DNA of 10,325 nucleotides, taken from NCBI GenBank assembly GCA_023248615.1, contig JAHFEI010000049.1, forward strand, positions 1-10,325. Direction: 5' to 3'. A program made the position numbers and the translations under genes. The notes under the pieces are model-generated. The model saw nothing but the letters and a program-made list of their open reading frames with translations, did not search any database and was not told the DNA's origin. The stretch is from Nitrospinales bacterium (GTDB lineage: Bacteria; Nitrospinota_A; UBA7883; JACRGQ01). Positions 1 to 7,028 of the stretch are shown piece after piece. How positions within the stretch are numbered: the first letter of the stretch is position 1; every line of letters begins with the position of its first letter.

Positions 1-60
1 GCGGACGGCGGTACCGGCGCACTGGACATTGGCGAACTTCTTAGGCCCAAGGCGGATGAA

Positions 61-1092
61 ATGTGGCGCAATATGGAGCTTCGCAAAAAAATTTCGGCGA
101 TGAAGGAAGCGGTGGATAACCAAAAACCGCTTTGGATATTGACGCAAAACGACCCAGACCCGGATGCGATAGGAAGCGCTATGGCGCTGAGGGAGATACT
201 TCGCATAAGCCCGAAGAACTCCCCCATAGTGACGCTTAAGCAGGTATCCCGCAATGAGAACATAAGCATGATAAGCATGCTGGGGGTGGATGTAAGAAAG
301 GTGAGGGTGCCAGACCTGCTCCGCCTGCCGCAGATAGCCATGGTGGATGTGCAACCTAGTTATTTCCCGTTCCATCTGGAGAACGTAAAAATAGTGATAG
401 ACCACCACCCGATAGTGGGAAAATACGGTGTCCCGTTTGTGGATATACGCACCGGATACGGCGCAACATCTACCATACTCGCCGAATATCTGGAGGCCGA
501 GAGGATAAAAATAAACGTTAGGCTTGCTACCGCCCTTTACTACGCCATAAAAACGGACACGCTACTTTTAGGGCGCGATGTTTCACGCGAGGATTTCCGG
601 GCCTTTACGACCATATGGCCTATCGCCAACCATCAGGCAATTTCGCAGATGGAGAGGCCGCGCCTGAAATCGCACGAGGTGGATGCGTTCGTAAAGGCGC
701 TTAAGGGGCACACCATAACGCGGGGTTGCCTTTTCGCGGGATTGGGCAACCTGCGGAAAGAGGACTTGGTGCCGCGCCTGGCGGATTTTGTCATGCAAAT
801 AGGCGACCCGGAGTTTGCGCTGGTGTGGGGAACGCTGGGAAAAGATATCACGTTTGCCGCCCGCTCGCTGAACCCGGCTATTGATGCGGGGGAGGTCATG
901 CGCACGGCTTTTGGGCATATCGGAAGCGCCGGGGGGCATAAGGCTATGGCTCGCGCCACGATGCTTGCCAGTGCGCTTCGGCGTGATTTTCACGCATCTT
1001 CCGCCAGCATGTTGGCTGGGCAGGTAAAAAAGCGGATTTTGCGGATAGTGGCCGCGCAAAAGAAAGTCGGCAAAAAGCGCAGGGTAGGGTAG
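61..1092 (+). CDS. DHH/DHHA1-family phosphoesterase (NrnA-like nanoRNase/pAp phosphatase or Pde2-like pApA phosphodiesterase). The reading frame is open back to base 1, so the true start may lie upstream of the window.
   Basis: Translation carries the DHH-family motifs: the Asp-rich motif LTQNDPDPDAIGS, the DHH motif VIDHHP, and the DHHA1 motif GSAGGHKAMA (GGGH type). Length of 343 aa is typical of NrnA. The frame of bases 1-60 (ADGGTGALDIGELLRPKADE) continues without a stop into the ATG at 61. Confidence 0.75.
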   Translation: MWRNMELRKKISAMKEAVDNQKPLWILTQNDPDPDAIGSAMALREILRISPKNSPIVTLKQVSRNENISMISMLGVDVRKVRVPDLLRLPQIAMVDVQPSYFPFHLENVKIVIDHHPIVGKYGVPFVDIRTGYGATSTILAEYLEAERIKINVRLATALYYAIKTDTLLLGRDVSREDFRAFTTIWPIANHQAISQMERPRLKSHEVDAFVKALKGHTITRGCLFAGLGNLRKEDLVPRLADFVMQIGDPEFALVWGTLGKDITFAARSLNPAIDAGEVMRTAFGHIGSAGGHKAMARATMLASALRRDFHASSASMLAGQVKKRILRIVAAQKKVGKKRRVG

Positions 1093-1100
1093 CGCGACAT

Positions 1101-1640
1101 ATGGAAAATGGCGGCAATCAAAGGCAACTTCCCAAAACACGCATAGGGGAGCTTTTTATAGCTATCAACAGGTTCTCCTTTTTTGTGGTTGCCATAGCCG
1201 CCGTACACGGTGTGCTAGCGCCGTTGAGTAAGTCTTTGGTGCACTGGCACATCCCGATGGGGCTGGGCGCGGCGGTGTTGGGACTGTTTAGCCTGGTTTC
1301 CGCCATGTTCTACCTAGTGGTGACGGGCCAGATGATAAAAGAGGCGGTGCAGAAAAGGAAAATATCCGCAGACCTGTTTGGCCGGACCAAGCAATTTAAA
1401 AAGGAGCTTTTCCCTTGGTGCATGGGCGCTATCGTCCTGCTTATAACCATGACGGTGCTGGGTGGAGCCGTACATGTCGGCAAAATATCGAAATATGTTC
1501 ATCTTGGGTTTGCGGCGCTAACGCTCGCCGTCTATTGGGGAGCCATCAAAAGCATGAAGCGCAATTTCGACCTGAACAGGGAACTTATCGCGGATACCAT
1601 CGACGCGGTAAACGCGCTTCCCGCCTCCGCCAATTCCTGA
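1101..1640 (+). CDS. Small integral membrane protein with four predicted transmembrane helices, function unknown.
   Basis: ORF of 179 aa with four hydrophobic stretches of 18-22 aa (FSFFVVAIAAVHGVLAPL, MGLGAAVLGLFSLVSAMFYLVV, WCMGAIVLLITMTVLGGAVHV, YVHLGFAALTLAVYWGAI) and positively charged loops. It starts 9 nt after the stop of the DHH gene. Confidence 0.5.
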   Translation: MENGGNQRQLPKTRIGELFIAINRFSFFVVAIAAVHGVLAPLSKSLVHWHIPMGLGAAVLGLFSLVSAMFYLVVTGQMIKEAVQKRKISADLFGRTKQFKKELFPWCMGAIVLLITMTVLGGAVHVGKISKYVHLGFAALTLAVYWGAIKSMKRNFDLNRELIADTIDAVNALPASANS

Positions 1641-1652
1641 CGGCTACAATAA

Positions 1653-3041
1653 TCAGTAGACATCGGTATCCAGCCAGCGTTTCGGGAAATGGTATTCATG
1701 GTACCTGTCCACCAGCATATCCTTTTCAAAACTTACCGGATACCAGACAATATCGCTTTTCTTCACCTCTATCTGGATGTTGTTGTAGAACGCTATCATC
1801 TTTGCGTCTATCCGCCCTGTGACGGCGAACACCAGCGGTTCCAGCATTTCTCTGGCCTCTTCTTCCGCAAGCGACAGCCCGAAAGCTTCGCCATCCGGCA
1901 TTGCTTCGCCATCACTGGGCGGCAGGTCTTTTTGGAAAATATTTATGCGTATGGCTAGGCTTAAGAGTCCTGATGCGTTGCGGGTTACGATGGCCGGGAC
2001 GTAGAAGGTTATATCCCTTTCGGGGTCTTCATTCCTGAGTTTAAAGCCGACCCCTTTCATTATTTTTGCCCGATCGCCGATTTTGGAAATGACATCACTC
2101 CCTTCCCCGGAACTGATTTCCAGCTTGAACCGCCAGAAGGGGATGTAGGCTCCGCCTCTCTCCATAGGCCGGATAGCGTTTATCTTAATGCTGGCATAAT
2201 CGTTATCCTTCAGCATCCACAGCCTTCGGCATTCTCCGCAGTGGAATGTCAGGTCGAAATCGCCATCCTTGAGGTTGTGCCCACAGTTTGGGCACCTGTG
2301 CGTAATCAGCTTGGGTGGCACGGCTACGGTATCGCTTTCTCCAATCCCTTGCGTTTCAATACGGCCTGCCTCCTCGGCAAGCAGGTTTCCGTTTACCCCG
2401 TCTACCATGATTGTGTGATATCCGGTTTCACCCTCGCAAACAACGGAGATAACGGGGTAATAAATGATGGAGAGCTTTTCGCCCACCATTTTCAGGTCGG
2501 AGAAGCCGGGCCGTTTTCCATCCATATCCATTGCCGCGGTTGCCGCCTTTTTTGCGGCTTTTAGCGCATCCTTTTCAATGAGCGTCGTGGGAAGCAGTAC
2601 CGCCGACTTCGGAAACTTTTCGGCATCGTAGTGCTCCAGCTCCAATACCTGCGACTGGATTCCGAGCGAAGTGAAAGATGGGAGGAACGTCTCGTTTGCC
2701 TGAAACGAGTGGAACCATGTCTTGGCCGATATCTCCGCCTTCCCGTCCCCGGCCACGAGGTAAAAGAGCATTCCCCTTAAATTCCAAAACGGGTCGTATA
2801 TAACAGTAACTTTTTTGACCTTAGTGACGGGCGTTATCTTTCTGTTTACCAGCAACTTTTTTATGGCGAGCGCCGCCGCCTTTTCATCCAGCCGCGCCGG
2901 GATAATGTATTTGAGGGTCATTCCCTCCGCTTGCATGCGCAATACCGAGGCACAATATTGGCACTTGAAGGTAAGCGCCCCTTCGTGGTGTTTTGTCGGC
3001 GCGCCACATTCCGGGCAGGTGGACGATACTAAAAAAGCCAT
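1653..3041 (-). CDS. Zinc-ribbon protein with an internally duplicated [CxxC..CxxC ribbon + ~210 aa domain] module. It is the downstream partner of the SPFH gene and possibly a YdjG-like analogue. Start preferred at the ATG at 3041; the track ORF extends to 3143.
   Basis: Minus-strand ORF. The first module has the ribbon CPECGAPTKHH..CQYCASV followed by a domain with YDPFWNL and IIYYPVISV motifs. The second module has the ribbon CPNCGHNLKDG..CGECRR followed by a domain with YIPFWRF and IVWYPVSF motifs. The ATG at 3041 lies 7 nt past the TAG (3049-3051) of the upstream gene. The 34 codons further upstream overlap the SPFH gene out of frame and look non-coding. Confidence 0.6.
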   Translation of the reverse strand: MAFLVSSTCPECGAPTKHHEGALTFKCQYCASVLRMQAEGMTLKYIIPARLDEKAAALAIKKLLVNRKITPVTKVKKVTVIYDPFWNLRGMLFYLVAGDGKAEISAKTWFHSFQANETFLPSFTSLGIQSQVLELEHYDAEKFPKSAVLLPTTLIEKDALKAAKKAATAAMDMDGKRPGFSDLKMVGEKLSIIYYPVISVVCEGETGYHTIMVDGVNGNLLAEEAGRIETQGIGESDTVAVPPKLITHRCPNCGHNLKDGDFDLTFHCGECRRLWMLKDNDYASIKINAIRPMERGGAYIPFWRFKLEISSGEGSDVISKIGDRAKIMKGVGFKLRNEDPERDITFYVPAIVTRNASGLLSLAIRINIFQKDLPPSDGEAMPDGEAFGLSLAEEEAREMLEPLVFAVTGRIDAKMIAFYNNIQIEVKKSDIVWYPVSFEKDMLVDRYHEYHFPKRWLDTDVY

Positions 3042-3048
3042 CCTAGGC

Positions 3049-4164
3049 CTACGAGGCCATCTTTTCCCCGCAGTTGGTACAGAACTTGGTGGCTGGCGGC
3101 ATCGAGGTGCCACACTTTTGGCAGTGCGGCTTGGATTTGACATCGAACCCGCAACTCATGCAGAAATTCGCGTGTATCTGGATTACTTTACCGCACTGTG
3201 GGCATGAGTTCATTGGGTTCATCTGATGTCCGCATTTGTAGCAGAAGCGGCTGTTTGCTGGTGTGTGGGCAAGGCATTCCGGACACTGGGTAGTTTCTAT
3301 CGGGCTGTCTTTCAATTCCTGCTGGTCGGGCATGAATGCTTTGCTCAAAAAGCCTGGCATCAACATTCCAACGCCCAATCCTATCCCTGCTCCGGCTCCA
3401 GCCTCTGCGGAGCCTCCCTGCGCATCCAGTGATTTTGCCAGCTTGAATTTCAGGAACTGGTCCAGGTCTTTTATCGCCCCCATGCCGCTTTTTTCATCTA
3501 TCATCTTTTGCACCTCTTCCGGAGGCGTGATGGAATTAATGAAGAAATCAATTAGGGTCATGCCGAACTTTGTGAACTCCGCCTGAAGCGTGGCTTGCAA
3601 CTGTGTGGCGATTTCGCCGTAACTTTTGGGAAGGTCCAGTATTGTTTTCAGCCTCTCGCCCAAGAGGTCGTTTATCCTGCATACGATTATTTCGCGCAGG
3701 TAATCCTCCACCTGCGGCGTGGTGTACCTAGATTCCCTGCCCACAAGCTGGTTGATAAAGAGTATCGGTTCGGTAATTTTGCAGCTGTACGCGCCAAATG
3801 CCCGCAGGCGTACGAGGCCAAGCTCGCTATCGCGGAAAGCTACCGGCTCGTGCGTTCCCCACTTAAGGTTTATGAACATTTTGTGGTTGATAAAATATAC
3901 TTCGGCCTTGAATATGCTTTCAAACGCCCAAGGGGCGGAAAACAGTTTTGTTATAATCGGCAGGTTTAACGTCTTTAAAGTGTGGCGTCCGGGGCCGAAG
4001 GAATCGCACGCCTTGCCATCGCGGTAGAAGACCGCCGACTGTGTTTCCCGCACTATCAGTTGTGCGCCAAGCTTGATATCCGCCGACCCCACGGGCGGGA
4101 AGCGGCAAATCATGTCATCAGGCGCCGGGTTTGTCCACTCGATTACTTCCAGCATTATGGCCAT
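3049..4164 (-). CDS. SPFH/Band-7 superfamily protein of the YdjI type (Band_7_1 family, often annotated as virion core protein-like), with three tandem C-terminal zinc ribbons.
   Basis: The N-terminal region MAIMLEVIEWTNPAPDDMICRFP...GAQLIVRETQSAVFYRDGKACDSFGPGRHTLKTLNLPI matches the characteristic start of YdjI-like SPFH proteins (IEVIEW..., GAQLIVRESQ.A.F...G...D.FGPGRYTL.T.NLP). A Gly/Ala-rich linker (GGSAEAGAGAGIGLGVGM) follows. Then come three CxxC-x9-11-CxxCG ribbons: CPECL..CYKCG, CPQCG..CMSCG, CQKCG..CTNCG. A strong SD sits before the start: AGGAGG-6nt-ATG, as the complement of 4171-4176. Confidence 0.8.
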   Translation of the reverse strand: MAIMLEVIEWTNPAPDDMICRFPPVGSADIKLGAQLIVRETQSAVFYRDGKACDSFGPGRHTLKTLNLPIITKLFSAPWAFESIFKAEVYFINHKMFINLKWGTHEPVAFRDSELGLVRLRAFGAYSCKITEPILFINQLVGRESRYTTPQVEDYLREIIVCRINDLLGERLKTILDLPKSYGEIATQLQATLQAEFTKFGMTLIDFFINSITPPEEVQKMIDEKSGMGAIKDLDQFLKFKLAKSLDAQGGSAEAGAGAGIGLGVGMLMPGFLSKAFMPDQQELKDSPIETTQCPECLAHTPANSRFCYKCGHQMNPMNSCPQCGKVIQIHANFCMSCGFDVKSKPHCQKCGTSMPPATKFCTNCGEKMAS

Positions 4165-4260
4165 GGTGTACCTCCTGCGTTATTATCGCTTTTTTGCTTA
4201 CCGAGTGGAATTCTTTTCTAAACACCCCGGTAGGAAAAGTGAAAAAGTTAATTTAGGGGG

Positions 4261-4288
4261 TAAAGATTCAAGTTTGTCTTCCGATACT
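4261..4288 (+). promoter_or_regulatory. Candidate sigma-28 (FliA) type promoter upstream of fliD: TAAA-N15-tCCGATAc.
   Basis: The FliA consensus is TAAA-N15-GCCGATAA. Here TAAA sits at 4261-4264 and TCCGATAC at 4280-4287, with exactly 15 nt between. It is the only good sigma-28 match in the 350-nt intergenic region and implies a 5' UTR of about 220 nt. Confidence 0.35.
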
Positions 4289-4311
4289 ACTATTAGAGAT
4301 TGCTCGGTCAA
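4284..4311 (-). promoter_or_regulatory. Candidate sigma-70 promoter for the SPFH/zinc-ribbon operon, with -35 TTGACC and -10 TAGTAT read on the minus strand.
   Basis: On the minus strand, TTGACC is the complement of 4306-4311 and TAGTAT is the complement of 4284-4289, with a 16-nt spacer. This would give a 5' UTR of about 110 nt ahead of the ATG at 4164. It overlaps the divergent sigma-28 element. Confidence 0.3.
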
Positions 4312-4514
4312 CGTGGGTCGCCTTTTTTTGGGGCCTTGCGGGAAGGGTGCGCCCGAATCCTGCTTACACGTTATCGGTAAGACATTACTTTACTTTAGGC
4401 GAAAATGCGGATAAGTGGTTGTAAATATATGGAATTTTTGGGGTATTTAACTTGGATTCGGGCTGGAGCCTAGCACCAACTTATCGGATGGATAAAAATT
4501 AACTTGAGGGGCAA

Positions 4515-6341
4515 ATGATTATAAGCGCACCGCCGCCGATTGTTCAGCTACCAAGTGTTGCCACTTATTGGAGCCTGAAACCGGCTCCGATGGTGGAACA
4601 GCCAATTACCGCCCCCACTGTGGAGCAACTCAAAAATGAGGGGGCCGGAACCTTCTCCGGGTTCGACAGGGCCATTGCGGACAAGTTTCGCTACATACAG
4701 CGCAACCAGCCTACAGTAGATTTCCGCAACGCATCTCCCTACAACAGCCTGATAGCGCAAAATTCCGCCGACACTATTGATAGCATGCGGCAATCCAATT
4801 CCTACGAGTTGAAGCTTGATTTCGGCAGGAATTTCATGCCGGTGCAAGGGAGGAAGTTCAACGATATCTACAGCCGCCTTTTGGACCTGCGTTCGCAGGC
4901 GGGAGCGATACAAGACCCGAAAAAATTCAACATCAAGAGCGCGACTTCAAGTGCCTCGGATGTGGTTGGAGCCACCGCTGGCCCGAAAGCCGTAAACGGC
5001 GTTTATTCCATCGTAGTCACTCAACTTGCGCAGACGCAGCAGGTGGCATCCGGCGTTATCTCCGACCCCACAATACCCCTTGGGTTGAGCGGCACATTCC
5101 AGATAAACGGTTGGACTACGGAAGTAACGCCCTCCGATACGCTGGATAAGATACGGGACAAGATAAATTATGGCGAAGACACGAACCATAACGGAACGCT
5201 TGACCCAGCCACGGACGTAAATGGCGATGGCGTTTTGGGCGCACTGAGCGCCCCAGGGGCATTTGAAGGCAGGCGGTACATACCATCGTTTTACCTGAAT
5301 GAGAATATAAGCGGCACCAGTGTCCCGGCCCCGTCTGAGGACATGAACGGCAACAAGAAGCTGGACGGCGGTTGGGCGCAGACCGGTGTGAGGGCGGCGG
5401 TGGCGGGGGGGCAACTGGTTCTGACATCGCAGGACGCCGCGAACATAAACCTGCGAATAAAAGACACGGACAAGATACTGGAGAAAATCGGCGTCCTTTC
5501 CCGTAACCCCTTTACCGAAGAGGTGGCGGTGAACCGGAAAAACGCGCAATCGCTGGATGCGCAAGCGGCGAAGTTTACGGTAAACGGCGTGGGGTACAGT
5601 TCATCGACGAACTCCGCGACGATAGGCGACGTTTCCCTTGCGTTTACCAAGACCGGCAAATCCGACATAACGGTGATGGACAACGTGGAGCAGGCGCTTG
5701 GAGCGGTGACGGCTTTCACCAGCGCTTATAACAGCGCCATTGAACTTATGGACAAAACGATATCCGGCGGTAGTTCCTTATCGGGTAACCTGCGCCTGCA
5801 ATCAATATATTCCGACACCGTGGCGGCGTTTTACACCGCCTCGCCGTATGCCATAGGCGGATATGGCTCGGTAGCGGATATCGGCATATCCACCGCGAGC
5901 CAGCCGCAGCCCATCGCGCAGAATACGCTTGAAGAACTCCCCAACATGGCCGCAGGTAACACCTCAATGCCGGGTGTTGGGCCGTACTCATATTTCAACC
6001 ATACGGGGCGCGTGGGCGTTGGTTCGCAGGACAATTTCAAAATAGGCATAAGCCGGTATGCTGTAAGCAAAAACCTGCGGCAAAATCCTGCCGGTGTGGG
6101 GGATTTGCTAAACTACGCGGCCAGCAGGCTCCAGGGCAAGCTGGATGTCCATTTGAACCCCGATTACGGTACAATTAAATTCCAGCAGGATGTCGTTGGC
6201 TACTACAGCAAAAACCAGGATGAAGTGGGCAAGCTTATGACGCAGACAGTGGGGGTTGTTGGAAATGCCATTTCCGCATCGGAGAGCAATAACCTTTTCC
6301 AGTCGGTAGGCCAACAGCAGGGCTACTCGGTTGTGGTGTGA
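4515..6341 (+). CDS. fliD: Flagellar filament cap protein FliD (hook-associated protein 2).
   Basis: A FliD-typical central region reads SATSSASDVVGATAGPKAVNGVYSIVVTQLAQTQQVASGV..LGLSGTFQINGWTTEVTPSDTLDKIRDKIN. This is the xGxYxVxVxQLAxxQ segment plus a flagellin IN-type motif (F.ING..V...DTL..I...IN). A second IN-like repeat is FTVNGVGYSSSTNS. The N-terminal part FSGFDRAIADKFRYIQRNQP loosely matches the FliD GSGlD..lI..Lm.aErqP motif. The C-terminal SVADIGIST matches sLadiGIt. A GAGGGG SD lies 3-5 nt before the ATG. Confidence 0.7.
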   Translation: MIISAPPPIVQLPSVATYWSLKPAPMVEQPITAPTVEQLKNEGAGTFSGFDRAIADKFRYIQRNQPTVDFRNASPYNSLIAQNSADTIDSMRQSNSYELKLDFGRNFMPVQGRKFNDIYSRLLDLRSQAGAIQDPKKFNIKSATSSASDVVGATAGPKAVNGVYSIVVTQLAQTQQVASGVISDPTIPLGLSGTFQINGWTTEVTPSDTLDKIRDKINYGEDTNHNGTLDPATDVNGDGVLGALSAPGAFEGRRYIPSFYLNENISGTSVPAPSEDMNGNKKLDGGWAQTGVRAAVAGGQLVLTSQDAANINLRIKDTDKILEKIGVLSRNPFTEEVAVNRKNAQSLDAQAAKFTVNGVGYSSSTNSATIGDVSLAFTKTGKSDITVMDNVEQALGAVTAFTSAYNSAIELMDKTISGGSSLSGNLRLQSIYSDTVAAFYTASPYAIGGYGSVADIGISTASQPQPIAQNTLEELPNMAAGNTSMPGVGPYSYFNHTGRVGVGSQDNFKIGISRYAVSKNLRQNPAGVGDLLNYAASRLQGKLDVHLNPDYGTIKFQQDVVGYYSKNQDEVGKLMTQTVGVVGNAISASESNNLFQSVGQQQGYSVVV

Positions 6342-6351
6342 TGGAGGAACA

Positions 6352-6765
6352 ATGAAAAAGAACCTGGATGCCATTATCGCGGAACAGCAAAAGAATTTCG
6401 ACATGCTGTTATCCCTCTCCCAAAAACAGCTACGGCTCCTCGAACCGGGAGAATGGGAAGAGGGCGCGCTGGAGGGCCTGCTGAAGGAAAGGACAAAACT
6501 TTTTGAGGCGATTACCGCGCTGGACGTGCAGTTGCGGGCCGCCGTTGACGGACACGAGGGGAAAAGCCATCCGGGACTGGAAAGGCTACATGGTACCGTG
6601 CAGGAGATATTGGAGGCCGACGCGAAATGCGGAAGCATCTTGCAGGGGGAAAAGTCGAAAGTGTTCGAGCAGATGCAGGTGGTAAACAAGGGAAGTACCG
6701 CCCTTAAAGGGTACGGCAAAAAGGGCAACGGCGGACAATCGCGGTTTGTCAGCAGGAAAATGTAG
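6352..6765 (+). CDS. Small alpha-helical flagellar export chaperone-like protein (FlgN/FliT family-like).
   Basis: Lies immediately after the fliD stop (6339-6341), with a GGAGG SD at 6343-6347 and ATG at 6352. The track ORF begins at an upstream TTG at 6331 that overlaps fliD. The leucine heptad pattern LDAIIAEQQKNFDMLLSLSQKQLRLLE...LEGLLKERTKLFEAITALDVQLR resembles the FlgN/FliT consensus. Gene order after fliD supports a chaperone role. Confidence 0.4.
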   Translation: MKKNLDAIIAEQQKNFDMLLSLSQKQLRLLEPGEWEEGALEGLLKERTKLFEAITALDVQLRAAVDGHEGKSHPGLERLHGTVQEILEADAKCGSILQGEKSKVFEQMQVVNKGSTALKGYGKKGNGGQSRFVSRKM

Positions 6766-6776
6766 GGGATATTGCG

Positions 6777-7028
6777 ATGGTTTCACAGGTTGGGCGTGTA
6801 ACAAAAGCCACGGCGCTGTATGATACGCAGAAGGTGTATGGCGACCGCCTAAAATCCTACAAGCAGGAGAACCCGCCCGTATTGCAGATGCAGACGGATG
6901 CCATTACCATAAGCACGGTTGCGGCCCAAAGCCTTGCGGTTCATCGCAAGGTGAAAGATGAAAGGCGGCCAATTGCTTATTCCAACCCACGCACGGATAA
7001 CGTGCGGGCTTCATTCAAGAGCAGATAG
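6777..7028 (+). CDS. Hypothetical 83-aa protein in the flagellar cluster, function unknown.
   Basis: Has a GGGGA SD 6 nt before the ATG and starts 12 nt after the preceding gene. No recognisable motif was found. FlgM, FlaG and CsrA were considered and did not match. Its 3' end overlaps the 3' end of the convergent neuB-family gene by 18 nt. Confidence 0.3.
   Translation: MVSQVGRVTKATALYDTQKVYGDRLKSYKQENPPVLQMQTDAITISTVAAQSLAVHRKVKDERRPIAYSNPRTDNVRASFKSR

Noticed and set aside
583-1208. Minus-strand ORFs 583..1140, 633..959 and 990..1208 inside or next to the DHH gene.
   Set aside because: They are antisense to a motif-supported gene. Their Arg/Pro/Cys-rich, low-complexity translations are typical of antisense frames in GC-rich DNA, and they have no SD.
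3045-3059. Small hairpin (GGCCT-ACG-AGGCC) spanning the SPFH stop codon.
   Set aside because: It has only a 5-bp stem and a 3-nt loop, and is probably a consequence of the palindromic AGGCCT sites. It is noted under the coupling finding rather than reported as a feature.
1653-3143. Longer version of the zinc-ribbon gene starting at 3143 (MSNPSRTAKSVAPRCRQPPSS...).
   Set aside because: The extra 34 codons overlap the SPFH gene out of frame and are Arg/Pro-rich. The ATG at 3041 sits 7 nt past the upstream stop and puts the first CxxC ribbon at residue 9.
2241-3207. Plus-strand ORFs 2241..2564, 2815..3207 and minus-strand 2575..2787.
   Set aside because: They lie within the zinc-ribbon and SPFH coding region and have no independent support.
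4330-4350. tRNA-like T-loop resemblance (GCGCCCGAATCC) in the intergenic region.
   Set aside because: It lacks the TTCGAAT loop and no acceptor or anticodon arms can be built. It is not a tRNA.
3263-4414. Plus-strand ORFs 3226..3432, 3263..3586, 3595..3969, 3719..4027, 3982..4221, 4073..4414 and minus-strand 3920..4108.
   Set aside because: All overlap the well-supported SPFH gene or its promoter region, have no RBS, and give low-complexity translations.
6331-6351. TTG start at 6331 for the chaperone-like ORF.
   Set aside because: It overlaps the last 11 nt of fliD and lacks an SD. The ATG at 6352 has a GGAGG SD at ideal spacing.
4548-6728. Minus-strand ORFs antisense to fliD and the chaperone (4548..4913, 4947..5564, 5116..5427, 5291..5719, 5746..5991, 5831..6070, 6108..6728).
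   Set aside because: FliD is supported by family motifs. The antisense frames are Arg/Pro/Cys-rich artefacts. The 206-aa ORF at 6108..6728 spans two genes, which a real gene would not do.
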